Assembly (NCBI GenBank): GCA_963708135.1
Contig: OY970192.1
Coordinates: forward strand, 3,520,001-3,584,000
Source of the DNA: an uncultured Gemmatimonadales bacterium
GTDB lineage: Bacteria; Gemmatimonadota; Gemmatimonadetes; Longimicrobiales; RSA9
Direction of reading: 5' to 3'
DNA length: 64,000 bases
Shown here: in pieces, positions 9,433-18,744 of the stretch
Layout of the letters: the number at the start of each line of letters is the position of its first letter
How positions within the stretch are numbered: position 1 is the stretch's first letter
The notes under the pieces: model-generated
What the model was told of the DNA's origin: nothing
Database searches by the model: none
The model's input: the letters and a program-made list of their open reading frames with translations, nothing else
Position numbers and translations under genes: made by a program

Positions 9433-9818
9433 GTGCGGGAAGTCGGCTCCGGTCCGGGGGTACGAGCGTGTCAAGTTGTCCCTCCATCCCTGCGGCCGCA
9501 AGACGGCGCGCGCCGCACGCAGACGCGCGCCAGCGCCCCGCAACGCCCGCGGCGGACGCCAGATTGCGACCGGGAGGAGGTAGACGGGACAATTCGTCAC
9601 AGGGCGGCCCCACGGATCGGACATTCTTCCGCATCCGGGCGGATGCAGCGAGGGCCGGAACCTCGCTCCGCGCAATGAGTTCGGTCGAACGATCGTTTCG
9701 GTACGGTGATTGAATCCGGCACAGATGGAGCCGTGTCGACGGGAAGCGCCGACGACGGGCCGGAACCTCACGGGCACGGTGGGCCATGGCAGCGCACCAG
9801 CAGGGACAAGAGGCGGTC

Positions 9819-10550
9819 ATGTTCACGCACCTGATGTCGAGCAAGCCGCCGCAGGAGCGGAGGTCCGCCGCGGCGGCGACGGCGACGTCGCTGATCTTTC
9901 ACGGTCTTGCGATCGCGGGGCTGGTGTGGGCCACGATCGCGCTCCCGAAGCAGGCGGAGCAGGCGGCCGATCAGGTGACGCTGATCCGGATCGAGCCGGA
10001 GGCGCCGCCGCCTCCCCCGCCACCGCCACCCCCGCCGGAGACGAGGACGACGGCGCCACCGGCGAGCGTGAACGTGCCGAAGGGGTTCCTGACGTTGACG
10101 CCGCCGACGGTGGTTCCGCCCGACATCCCGCCGCCACAGGCCGGTCCGACGATCAACGCGGCGGACTTCACGGGTGAGGGTGTGGAAGGGGGGCGGGCGA
10201 ACGGGAAGCCGACGACGGTGTCGGCGGAAGACGTGACGGCGGCGCCGGTGTTCACGCCGTACACGGTAGCGCCGGAGCTGAGGAACCGGGCGGCGGTGCA
10301 GCAGGCGCTGGTGAAGAACTATCCGCCCCTGCTGCGGGATGCGGGGCTGGGCGGTACGACGCTGGTCTGGTTGTTGATCGACGAGCACGGGAAGGTGCTG
10401 AAGACGGTGGTGAAGCAGCCGAGCGTATACCGTCAGCTGGACGAGGCGGCCCTGCGGGTGGCCGACATGATGGTGTTCAGCCCGGGCATGAACCGGGACC
10501 AGAAGGTGAAGGTGTGGGTGGCGCTCCCGTTCAGTTTCACCACGAAGTAG
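9819..10550 (+). CDS. tonB: TonB-family energy transducer
   Basis: TM with SLIFH (SxxxH), poly-Pro linker, C-terminal YPPLLRDAGLGGTT...IDEHGKV...LDEAAL...F. ATG 9819 after GAGG. Confidence 0.85.
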   Translation: MFTHLMSSKPPQERRSAAAATATSLIFHGLAIAGLVWATIALPKQAEQAADQVTLIRIEPEAPPPPPPPPPPPETRTTAPPASVNVPKGFLTLTPPTVVPPDIPPPQAGPTINAADFTGEGVEGGRANGKPTTVSAEDVTAAPVFTPYTVAPELRNRAAVQQALVKNYPPLLRDAGLGGTTLVWLLIDEHGKVLKTVVKQPSVYRQLDEAALRVADMMVFSPGMNRDQKVKVWVALPFSFTTK

Positions 10551-10573
10551 GCGGCGGGCGCGGAGGGCATCGT

Positions 10574-10604
10574 GGGGGGCGGCGCGCTTCGCGCGCCGCC
10601 CCCC
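10574..10604. terminator. 14-bp GC hairpin between convergent tonB and DUF4097 genes
   Basis: GGGGGGCGGCGCGC-TTC-GCGCGCCGCCCCCC; no strong U-tract. Confidence 0.6.
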
Positions 10605-10643
10605 CTCGCGTTCAGGTGCGGGAGGCTGGTCGGGTCCCGTTCC

Positions 10644-11423
10644 TCAGCGGCGGCGCAGCTCGATGGCGCCGTTGACGGTCGACAGCCGGAGCTCGCGGCC
10701 GCCCTTGCCGATGGTGCCGCGCAGGCGGCGATGGCTGAGGCGGCCCTGGATGGTGAGCGGGAAGTCGGTGGAGATGTCGCCGTTCACGGTCTCGGCGCGG
10801 ACCTCGGTGCTGATGTCGGCCGGAAGCGTGAGGTGGATGGAGCCGTTGACGGTGGAGAACTCCATGCTGCCGGACCAGTCGGCGCGGCCGAGCGACGCGA
10901 TCACGGAGCCGTTCACGGTGCTGGCGGAGGCGAGCCCCGTCGTCTCCAGCCGAACCGCTCCGTTCACGGTATGGGCATCCGCGTCGGCGCGCAGTCCCGT
11001 GGCCTCGACGCCGCCGTTGACGGTGGTGGCATGGAGCTTCACGCCGGCGGGGACCTTCACGGTGAAGTCCACGGCGACGTCGTTGTCGCGCGTGCTGGAG
11101 CGTCCGTGGCCGCCGGGCAGGCACTCGTTCGGCTCCCGGCCGGAGGGCGTCGGGTAGAGGGCGCAGATGGTGACGCCGGCGTCGTAGGGGACGACCTTGA
11201 TCTGGACGGAGCCCGGGTCGCTGTGGCGCGCGTGCTTGACCGCGGTGACCTCGACCTCGTCGCCGGAGGCGGCCACGGCGCTGATGTCGCCGTTCACGCC
11301 CTTGATGTCGAGCGTCTGTCCGGCGGCGAGGTGGCCGTGCCAGCTGAATTCCCGGCCCTGCTGCGCGGCGGCGGTGGTGGTTCCCAGCGCGGCGAGCGTC
11401 AGGGCGATGGGCAGGACTCTCAT
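10644..11423 (-). CDS. Secreted DUF4097 beta-strand-repeat protein
   Basis: Signal peptide MRVLPIALTLAALGTTTAAA; repeated TVNG motifs. Confidence 0.85.
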   Translation of the reverse strand: MRVLPIALTLAALGTTTAAAQQGREFSWHGHLAAGQTLDIKGVNGDISAVAASGDEVEVTAVKHARHSDPGSVQIKVVPYDAGVTICALYPTPSGREPNECLPGGHGRSSTRDNDVAVDFTVKVPAGVKLHATTVNGGVEATGLRADADAHTVNGAVRLETTGLASASTVNGSVIASLGRADWSGSMEFSTVNGSIHLTLPADISTEVRAETVNGDISTDFPLTIQGRLSHRRLRGTIGKGGRELRLSTVNGAIELRRR

Positions 11424-11449
11424 GATCGGATCCCTTGTCGGAGTGGGCA

Positions 11450-12310
11450 TCAGCGCTCGGCGCCGCCGCGCTTCAGCTCGATGTCGCCGCTGAACGACTC
11501 GAGCTCGAGGCGGGCGCTGCCGCTGCCGAGCGTGAAGGTGAACTGGCGGCCGCGCTGCCGGCTCCCGCTAAGCTGAACCGGGAACTCGGTGTCGAAGTCG
11601 CCGCTGAAGGTGGAGACGGAGACCGTCGCATCCGGCCGGTCGGGCAGGCGGAGCGTGAGGTCGCCACTGTGGCTGGTGAGCGAGTAGCGGCCGTCCCTTC
11701 GCATGCCGCCGCGGAAGTCGACATCGCCGCTCACCGTCGATGCCGTGACGCTGTTGGAGTCCACGCCGTCCAGGACGATGTCGCCGCTAATGGTCTCGGC
11801 GCGCACCTCGCCGACGATGTCGCTGAGGCGCACGTCATCGCTCACGCTGTGCGCCCCGATCCGGCCTCGCGCTCCGGACAGGGTAACGCTCCCCTGCACC
11901 GAGCGGAGGCCGATCACTCCGTTGCCGCCGCTCACGCGTATATCGCCGCCCACGCTTTCGACGCTGACGTCGGCGCCGGCGCCGGAGATGTCCACGTCGG
12001 TGTCGGTGCCGGAGAGGCGGATCCCCATGGTGGCGGGGATGGTGAGCTCGTAGTCGATGTCGCGCTCACCCCAGCGCCGGCTCTCCGGCTCGAGGCGGAC
12101 GGTGGAGCCGGCGCGGGCCACGTCGATGTGACCGGCGCCCTCGCCGGTCGCGTGCAGCTGGACGCGCGCCTGGTCCCAGGTGTGGATCACCACCCGGCCG
12201 GAGAGGTTCTCGATGGCGAGCGTGGCCTTCGGGTCCACGGCGAAGGTCGTGTCTGTCCGCTGTGGCAGTGGCGCGGCGGCAAGCGCCGCCGCGGCCAGGA
12301 TCGCGAGCAT
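11450..12310 (-). CDS. Secreted DUF4097 beta-strand-repeat protein
   Basis: Signal peptide; repeated SGD/SVSD/TISGD/TVSGD/SFSGD beta-turn motifs. Confidence 0.85.
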   Translation of the reverse strand: MLAILAAAALAAAPLPQRTDTTFAVDPKATLAIENLSGRVVIHTWDQARVQLHATGEGAGHIDVARAGSTVRLEPESRRWGERDIDYELTIPATMGIRLSGTDTDVDISGAGADVSVESVGGDIRVSGGNGVIGLRSVQGSVTLSGARGRIGAHSVSDDVRLSDIVGEVRAETISGDIVLDGVDSNSVTASTVSGDVDFRGGMRRDGRYSLTSHSGDLTLRLPDRPDATVSVSTFSGDFDTEFPVQLSGSRQRGRQFTFTLGSGSARLELESFSGDIELKRGGAER

Positions 12311-12322
12311 GATGGACTCCGC

Positions 12323-13051
12323 TCAGGATTGGGCGTCGATGATCCTCGACGCGACGCGCAGCAGCTCCACCTTCCGCCGCATGCTGTCCGCGAGGTGCTC
12401 GTTCAGGTACGTGTTGGCCGGATCGCGGGCGAGCGCCTGGCGCGCGTCCACGATGGCGGCGTCGATCACGGCCAGGTTGCGCTCCAGCGCCTGCACGGTC
12501 CCGGGCTGCAGCCGATCGCGGCCGCGCTCGAGCACCCGCTCCAGGCCCGCCACCGCCGCCTGGTACTGCCGGAGCTCGGGGGTCGTGGCCGCGAGCCGCG
12601 CGAGGGGAGCGGGCGGCTGCGCGCCGGGCAGCGCCGCGCCCGCCGGCCCTGCGGTCGCAGCCGCCGCGACCGGCGGAACAGCCGCCGCGCGCGATGCCAG
12701 CAGGTAGACCGAGCCGCCGCCCGCGAGCAGGAGCGCGAGCCCGGCGGCCGCGAGCTGGGGGAGCGTGAAGGCGAAGGTGCGGCCGCGGCGGGGGCGGAGC
12801 GGCACGACGTGGCCGGTGGGCGAAGCCGCCGGGGAGGGAGCCGCGATCCGGGCCTCGATGGCCGCCCAGAGCGCGCCGGGCGGCTCGGGGTCGGCCAGCG
12901 TGGCGGCCCTGCGCGCCACGGCGTGGAGCTCATCCAGCAGGGCGGTGCACTCCGGGCACTCCGCCAGGTGGCGCTCGATCGCGTCGCGCTCGTCGGGCGG
13001 GAGATCGCCGTCGAGGTACTCCGAAAGTCGGTCGGTCCAGTGGTCGCTCAT
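12323..13051 (-). CDS. Zinc-finger (zf-HC2/ZAS) transmembrane anti-sigma factor
   Basis: LSEYLDGDL...HLAECPEC (HxxxCxxC), one TM, helical extracytoplasmic tail; directly after the ECF sigma gene. Confidence 0.9.
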   Translation of the reverse strand: MSDHWTDRLSEYLDGDLPPDERDAIERHLAECPECTALLDELHAVARRAATLADPEPPGALWAAIEARIAAPSPAASPTGHVVPLRPRRGRTFAFTLPQLAAAGLALLLAGGGSVYLLASRAAAVPPVAAAATAGPAGAALPGAQPPAPLARLAATTPELRQYQAAVAGLERVLERGRDRLQPGTVQALERNLAVIDAAIVDARQALARDPANTYLNEHLADSMRRKVELLRVASRIIDAQS

Positions 13052-13069
13052 CGCGTCCCGTTCCTTCGC

Positions 13070-13624
13070 TCAATCGAGATGGGCACGCAGCAGCATGCGC
13101 GCCCGGTGCAGCTGGGACTTCGAGGTGCCGGCGCTGACCCCGAGCATGCCGGCGATCTCCTCGTGCTTGTAGCCCTCCACATCGTGGAGGACGAAGACCT
13201 CGCGCGCCCCGTCGGGCAGGCGCTCGAGGGCGGCCTCGAAGGCGACGCGCAACGCCGGCGTCTCGCGCGCCGCGGGCGTCGCGTGCAGCGCGCGCTCGTC
13301 CTCGCTCAGCCGGGCGCGGCGCCGGGCCAGCTCCCCCCGGCGGCCGAGGATCACGTTGACGGCCAGGCGGTAGAGCCAGGTGCCGAACGCCGCGTCGCCG
13401 CGGAAGGTCGAGACCTTCTCCCACGCGCGGACGAAGGCGTCCTGCGTGACCTCTTCCGCATGGTCGGGCCCGAGCATGCGGCGGGCGAGCGCGTGGATGC
13501 GCGGGGCATGGCGGCGGTAGAGCCGCTCGAAGGCACGCGTGTCGCCCGCGCCGGCCAGCGCGGCATCCGCGGCATCATCCGCCGCGGCCGTTCCTCGAGG
13601 TAGCGTCCCTGTCAGTGTCTTCAC
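13070..13624 (-). CDS. ECF sigma factor
   Basis: AFERLYRRH, EEVTQDAFVRAW, FGTWLYRLAVN (region 2); LPDGAREVFVLHDVEGYKHEEIAGML...SKSQLHRAR (region 4). GTG start 13624 is tentative. Confidence 0.92.
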   Translation of the reverse strand: MKTLTGTLPRGTAAADDAADAALAGAGDTRAFERLYRRHAPRIHALARRMLGPDHAEEVTQDAFVRAWEKVSTFRGDAAFGTWLYRLAVNVILGRRGELARRRARLSEDERALHATPAARETPALRVAFEAALERLPDGAREVFVLHDVEGYKHEEIAGMLGVSAGTSKSQLHRARMLLRAHLD

Positions 13625-13653
13625 CCGTTCATCCGCGCACCCTGTCCGACCTA

Positions 13654-13682
13654 TTCGATGGGGCGCGAAGCGGAAAGGTTGG
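13654..13682 (-). promoter_or_regulatory. Possible autoregulatory ECF promoter
   Basis: Minus strand CCAACC-N16-CATCGAA about 30 nt before the sigma start; an AAC core in the -35 is typical of ECF promoters. Confidence 0.35.
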
Positions 13683-13700
13683 AAGGCGGTCCGGCCGGGG

Positions 13701-15293
13701 CTAGAACCCGGCGGCCTCCCCGTCCTTGCGGGGGTCGGAAGCGGCGGCATACCCGCGAGGCAGCCGGAGGATCGCCTGGGCGCCGCCGAAGGCGACGGCG
13801 CGCTCGTCCACGATCTCGTGGCCGCGCGCGGCGAGCGCTGCGCGGACGTGCGCGCCCACGCCCGGCTCCAGGGCGACCCGGCGCCCCTCGAGGTGCCGGA
13901 AGCGGGCGGCATCCACTGCGGCCTGGAGGTCCATCTCGAAGAGCAGCAGATCCAGCAGCACCTGCACCTGCCCCTGCGGCTGCATCGAGCCGCCCATCAC
14001 GCCGAAGGAGAGCCACGGCGCCTCGACCCCGTCGGGCCCCGGCCTCGTCGCGAACGCAGGGATGATGGTGTGGAACGGCCGCTTCCCGGGCGCCACGGTG
14101 TTGGGAAGGCCCGGCTGGAGCGTGAAACCGGCACCGCGATCCTGGAGCGCGAACCCGGTGCCGGGCACCACGATTCCGGAGCCGAACTCGTGATAGTTGC
14201 TGTTGATGAAGGAGACCATGGTGCCCTCGCCGTCCGCGGTGGTGAGGTAGACCGTCTCGCTCTCCTCCGCCGCCGGACCTGGCGGCGGCCGGTCGGCCGC
14301 GCGCTCGGGGTCGATGCGGCCGCGGCGCTCCTGGATGAACGCGTCGGACAGGAGATGCTCCACCGACACATCCATTGCGGACCGGTCCGCCACGTAGCGC
14401 TCCAGGTCGGCGAAGGCGAGCTTCTTGGCCTCGATGAGCGTGTGCAGGTACGCGGCGGTGCCGTGGCCCATGGCGGCCAGGTCGATCAACTCGAGCATGC
14501 GGAGCATCTCGAGCGCCGCGATCCCCTGCCCCGCGGGCGGGAGCTCCCACACGCGTACCCCGTGGAACGGGACGGAGACGGGCGCCACCCAGGCGGGGCG
14601 GCTCTCCTCGAGGTCGCCGCGCGATAGAAATCCGCCGAGCGCCGCCACCCGCTCCACGATGCGCCGGCCGAGAGCGCCGCCGTAGAGCACGGCCGGCCCC
14701 TCCGACGCGACCGCGCGCAGCGTCGCGGCGTAGTCGGCGTTCCGGAACCGCTCGCCCGCGGCAGGCGGGCGCGCTCCGCCGATGAGGAAGGTCTCGCGAG
14801 CGCCGGCGTCGGCGCGGAGGATCGGCGCCGCGGCCGCCCACTCCCGGGCGACCACCGGCGTGACCTCGAACCCGTCCTCGGCCGTGGCGATGGCCGGCTC
14901 CAGCGCCCGCGCGAGCGTGAAGGTGCCGTGGCGCTCGAGCAGGGCGGCCCATCCCGCCAGCGCGCCTGGTACCGTCACGGCCTCGATGCTGCGGGCCGGC
15001 ACCGTCCGGCAGCCGCGCGCGAGCAGCGCGTCCCTCGTCATACTCGCGCCCGCCCGCCCGCTCGCATCGAGGCCCACCAGCCGCCCCTGGGGAGCGCTCC
15101 ACAGGAGCGCGAACATGTCCCCGCCGATGCCGCTCATGTGCGGCTCGACAACCGAGAGGACGGCGGCGGCGCTCACGGCGGCATCCACGGCGTTGCCGCC
15201 CTGGCGGAGCACATCCAGGGCGGTGGCGGTGGCGAGCGGCTGGCTGGTGGCGGCAGCGGCGCTCGAAGCGTATACCGTGGCTCGTTCGGTCAT
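13701..15293 (-). CDS. ggt: Gamma-glutamyltransferase family protein
   Basis: GGNAVDAA, EPHMSGIGGDMF, nucleophile ETVYL, SFINSNY, KRPFHTIIP, FGVMGGSMQPQG, SDPRKDG. Start moved to ATG 15293. Confidence 0.93.
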   Translation of the reverse strand: MTERATVYASSAAAATSQPLATATALDVLRQGGNAVDAAVSAAAVLSVVEPHMSGIGGDMFALLWSAPQGRLVGLDASGRAGASMTRDALLARGCRTVPARSIEAVTVPGALAGWAALLERHGTFTLARALEPAIATAEDGFEVTPVVAREWAAAAPILRADAGARETFLIGGARPPAAGERFRNADYAATLRAVASEGPAVLYGGALGRRIVERVAALGGFLSRGDLEESRPAWVAPVSVPFHGVRVWELPPAGQGIAALEMLRMLELIDLAAMGHGTAAYLHTLIEAKKLAFADLERYVADRSAMDVSVEHLLSDAFIQERRGRIDPERAADRPPPGPAAEESETVYLTTADGEGTMVSFINSNYHEFGSGIVVPGTGFALQDRGAGFTLQPGLPNTVAPGKRPFHTIIPAFATRPGPDGVEAPWLSFGVMGGSMQPQGQVQVLLDLLLFEMDLQAAVDAARFRHLEGRRVALEPGVGAHVRAALAARGHEIVDERAVAFGGAQAILRLPRGYAAASDPRKDGEAAGF

Positions 15294-15447
15294 GGTCGCG
15301 GGCCTAATGAATGCTCGCGCGGCGGGCGGGGCAAGGAGGACGGAGGCGCGGAGGCGCGGCGCGAGCGCGCCGCAGCGCGAGCGGGGCGCCGCGCGAGGGG
15401 TTACGGCCGAGCGAAAACCATCAACCCTGGACGGAGAGGTCGGAGCG

Positions 15448-16335
15448 ATGAGGATCGGATTCGCGGGACTCGGCAGCATGGGCGCCCCGATGGCGCTGAA
15501 CCTCGCGCGGGCCGGGCACTCCGTGGCGGCCTACAACCGCACGAGGGAGAAGGCGGAGGCGCTACGCGCGGAGGCGCCGGATCGGATCCGGGTGGCCGAG
15601 GGCGCGGCCGACGCGGCATCGGATGCCGAGGTGTTCGTGACCATGCTCGCGGACGATGCCGCCGTCGAGGCGGTCGTGCTCGGCGAGGAGGGGGTGCTCG
15701 CCGGGCTCGCCGGGAACGCGGTGCACGCATGCGCGAGCACGATCAGCGCCGGCCTCGCCCGGCGCCTGTCCCAGGCGCACGAGGCGGCAGGCCGGAGCTA
15801 CGTGGCGGCTCCCGTGTTCGGACGCCCCGAGGCGGCGGCGGGCGCCCGGCTCTGGGTGGTGGCGGCGGGCCGGAGCGCGGACATCGAGCGCTGCCGGCCG
15901 GTGTTCGAGGCGGTCGGGCAGGGCACGCACGTCGTGGGAGAGTCCCCCGAGCGCGCCAACGTCGTGAAGCTGGCGGGGAATTTCCTGATCATGGCCATGC
16001 TCGAAGGACTCGCGGAAGCGTTCGCGCTGGTGCGCAAGTCCGGGATGGAGGCCGACGCATTCCTCGCCCTGGTGAACGGCTCGCTGTTCAAGTCGCCGAT
16101 CTACGACAGCTACGGCGGCGCCATCGCTCGGGAGCAGTGGACGCCGCCGGGGTTCAAGCTGCGTCTCGGGCTGAAGGACGCGCGGCTGGCGCTCGCGGCG
16201 GCGGAGGGGCTCGAGGCGCCCCTCCCCCTCGCCAGCCTCGTTCACGACCGGTTCCTCGCGCTCGTCGCCCGTGGCCGTGGAGACCTGGACTGGGCGGCGC
16301 TCGCACTCGCCTCGAGCGAGGCGGCCGGGCTGTGA
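15448..16335 (+). CDS. NAD(P)-dependent beta-hydroxyacid dehydrogenase family (3-hydroxyisobutyrate DH-like)
   Basis: MRIGFAGLGSMG Rossmann motif, YNRT, APVFG, VKLAGNF, GLKDARL. Confidence 0.9.
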   Translation: MRIGFAGLGSMGAPMALNLARAGHSVAAYNRTREKAEALRAEAPDRIRVAEGAADAASDAEVFVTMLADDAAVEAVVLGEEGVLAGLAGNAVHACASTISAGLARRLSQAHEAAGRSYVAAPVFGRPEAAAGARLWVVAAGRSADIERCRPVFEAVGQGTHVVGESPERANVVKLAGNFLIMAMLEGLAEAFALVRKSGMEADAFLALVNGSLFKSPIYDSYGGAIAREQWTPPGFKLRLGLKDARLALAAAEGLEAPLPLASLVHDRFLALVARGRGDLDWAALALASSEAAGL

Positions 16336-16343
16336 CGGCCGCC

Positions 16344-16493
16344 TCAGATGCGTCCGAGCAGCAGCAGGATGATCACGATGACGAGGATCAGTCCCAGGAT
16401 GCCGCTGGGGAAGTAGCCCCAGCCCCGGCTGTAGGGCCAGGTGGGGACGGCCAGCACCAGCAGCACCACGATTATGATGACGAGCAGCCACAT
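16344..16493 (-). CDS. DUF3309-family small membrane protein (49 aa)
   Basis: Not in the ORF track. MWLLVIIIVVLLVLAVPTWPYSRGWGYFPSGILGLILVIVIILLLLGRI*; PTWPYSRGWGY signature. Confidence 0.88.
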   Translation of the reverse strand: MWLLVIIIVVLLVLAVPTWPYSRGWGYFPSGILGLILVIVIILLLLGRI

Positions 16494-16575
16494 GGGTTCT
16501 CGCTCCGTTCCGGGGTTGCGCGCACCTGCCCAGCGTCAGGCACCACGGCCACCGCGGCCGGGCGCGGTCGGAGGG

Positions 16576-16590
16576 GCAGGAACTGTGCCG
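16576..16590 (-). promoter_or_regulatory. Sigma-54-type promoter for the DUF3309 gene
   Basis: CGGCACA-GTTC-CTGC (GG-N10-GC). Confidence 0.55.
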
Positions 16591-16612
16591 GAAATACCTG
16601 TGCAGCAGAGGC

Positions 16613-17572
16613 TTACGGAAGCTCGGATTGCGCGGCGGGGACATCGTCGCCGTGGCGCGGCGGCTCCGGCGGCCAGAGGCGGGAGGCGAGGATGGAGAGG
16701 AGCAACACGCCTACGACGATCCCGAGCGCCAGCGTGATCGGGATATGCCAGAACGCGGCGATGAGCATCTTCACCCCGATGAAGACCAGAACGACGGCCA
16801 GGCCATACTTCAGGAAGTGGAAGAGCTCGATGATGTTGGCGAGCGCGAAATAGAGGGAGCGCAGGCCCAGGATGGCGAAGACGTTGGACGTGTAGACGAT
16901 GAACGGATCGGTCGTGACGCCGAAGATCGCGGGGATCGAGTCAACGGCGAAGATGAGGTCGCTGACCTCGATCACGAGGAGCACGATGAAGAGCCGGGTG
17001 GCGAGGGTGCGCCCCTCGGCGCGGATGAAGAAGCGGTCACCGGCGTAGCCGGGCTCGACCGGCAGCAGGCGGCGGAAGAGACGGACGACGGGATTGGACT
17101 CCGGCCGCATCTCGGTCTCGGGCGTGAAGAGCATGCGCAGCCCGGTGAGCACCAGGAAGCCGCCGAAGACATAGAGGACCCAGGAGAAGCGGTGGATGAG
17201 CGCGGCGCCGAGCCCGATCATCACGCCGCGCATGAGGAGCGCGCCCAGGATGCCCCAGAACAGGATCTTGTGCTGGTAGCGCGCCGGCACGGCGAAGTAG
17301 CCGAACAGCACCGCGAAAACGAACAGGTTGTCGACGCTGAGCGACTTCTCGATCAGGTAGCCGGTGAGGAAGGCCAGGGCGGGACCGCGGCCGGCGAAGA
17401 CGTAGATGCCCACATCGAACAGCAGGGAGATCGCGATCCACGCGACGCTCCATCCCAGCGCCTCCCGCATTCCGATCGCGTGCGCCCGCCTGTGGAACAC
17501 GCCCAGGTCCAGCGCGAGCATCGCGAGAATGAACGCGTTGAAGGCGATCCAGTACCAGAGGCTCGTCGTCAT
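16613..17572 (-). CDS. TerC/Alx family membrane protein
   Basis: GYLIEKSLSVDNLFVF, LFWGILGAL, DLIFAVDSIPA, YTSNVFAILGLRSLYF. Confidence 0.95.
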   Translation of the reverse strand: MTTSLWYWIAFNAFILAMLALDLGVFHRRAHAIGMREALGWSVAWIAISLLFDVGIYVFAGRGPALAFLTGYLIEKSLSVDNLFVFAVLFGYFAVPARYQHKILFWGILGALLMRGVMIGLGAALIHRFSWVLYVFGGFLVLTGLRMLFTPETEMRPESNPVVRLFRRLLPVEPGYAGDRFFIRAEGRTLATRLFIVLLVIEVSDLIFAVDSIPAIFGVTTDPFIVYTSNVFAILGLRSLYFALANIIELFHFLKYGLAVVLVFIGVKMLIAAFWHIPITLALGIVVGVLLLSILASRLWPPEPPRHGDDVPAAQSELP

Positions 17573-17591
17573 CCCCTCACGGCCCGCCCGG

Positions 17592-17632
17592 AAAGAAACA
17601 ACCCCCGGGGTCGCTTCGGTCGCGCCGGGGGT
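17592..17632 (-). terminator. Intrinsic terminator/attenuator just upstream of terC
   Basis: Minus strand ACCCCCGG-CGC-GACCGAA-GCG-ACC-CCGGGGGT followed by TGTTTCTTT. Confidence 0.7.
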
Positions 17633-17704
17633 CTCGCGCAGGACGAACTCTGGCCGGCAGCCCGCCCCACGTCAAGGGGAGGCCGCCACGGGCCCGCTCC
17701 GCCA

Positions 17705-18586
17705 TCAGAGCCGCGCCAGCTTGCGCGCCACCAGCCGATCCCGCCACGACGTCGGAAGCATCCGCAGCAGCAGCCGGCGGCGCGCAACACCCACCACGTA
17801 GCGCGCCCGCGGGTGCGCCGCCTCGAGCGCGCGCTCCACCACCTGCGCCACCACCTCCGGCGCCAGGCCCTCCCGCGGCGCAGCAGCCGCGCGCCGCCGC
17901 GCCGCCTCCACCAGCGGGCCGTACAGGTCGAACGCCCTCGCCGGAAACGTCTCCGCCAGCCGGTCCGCCCGCGCCCTCGACGTCTCCCAGATCGGCGTCG
18001 CGACCATCCCCGGCTCCACTAGCACCACCTTCACGCCCGAGCTCCAGAGCTCCAGCCGGAGCGCATCCGCCAGCGCCTCGAGCGCGTACTTCGACGCCGC
18101 GTACGCTCCCGTCATCGGCAGCGCCACCCGGCCCGACACCGAGCTCATGAAGATGATCCGCCCGTGCGCCTCGCGCAGCAGCGGCAGAAAACGCTGCGTC
18201 ACCGCCAGCTGGCCCACCACGTTCACGTCCAGTTGCGCCCGCAGATCATCCGGCGGCACGAACTCCAGCGGACCGGCGACGGCGATCCCCGCGTTGTTCA
18301 CGAGCCCGTACAGCCGCGTCCCGCCCAGACCCGCCTCCAGGGCCGCCCCCGCCTCCGAGATCGACGCCGGGTCAGTCACGTCCAGCCGCAGGCAGCGGAG
18401 CCCGGGCGAGTCTGACACCAGCCGCTCGCCCGCGGCGGGATCGCGGACGCCCGCGAACACCCGGTAGCCGGCGGCCTGGAGCCGCAGCGCGCACGCCCGG
18501 CCGATCCCGCTCGAAGCGCCGGTGACGAGCACGGCTCCGGGTTCGTCCGCAGCGGCCGCGCGCGGTTGGGATTCGGTGTTCCGCAT
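17705..18586 (-). CDS. Short-chain dehydrogenase/reductase
   Basis: TGASSGIG, LDVTD, NNAG, YAASK, VEPG. ATG 18586 after AGGAGG. Confidence 0.93.
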   Translation of the reverse strand: MRNTESQPRAAAADEPGAVLVTGASSGIGRACALRLQAAGYRVFAGVRDPAAGERLVSDSPGLRCLRLDVTDPASISEAGAALEAGLGGTRLYGLVNNAGIAVAGPLEFVPPDDLRAQLDVNVVGQLAVTQRFLPLLREAHGRIIFMSSVSGRVALPMTGAYAASKYALEALADALRLELWSSGVKVVLVEPGMVATPIWETSRARADRLAETFPARAFDLYGPLVEAARRRAAAAPREGLAPEVVAQVVERALEAAHPRARYVVGVARRRLLLRMLPTSWRDRLVARKLARL

Positions 18587-18679
18587 GAGGCGTCCTCCTG
18601 CCTTGCATCGGTGATGCATTGATCTAGCCGCCGCATCGCGGTGCGACCAGGGGCTTGCGGCGCTCGAAGCGTCGTGATA

Positions 18680-18695
18680 CCTATCGTACGATAGG
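18680..18695. promoter_or_regulatory. Perfect 16-bp palindrome, candidate PadR operator
   Basis: CCTATCGTACGATAGG in the AT-richer divergent SDR/padR spacer. Confidence 0.65.
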
Positions 18696-18744
18696 ATGTA
18701 AGATACGTCGGCCGCCTGGAGCGGCCCCGGCTGGAGGACGGAGC

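Noticed and set aside
9717..9731. Sigma-54 promoter before tonB (CGGCACAGATGGAGC)
   Set aside because: The -12 element lacks TGC; GG-N10-GC arises often by chance at this GC content.
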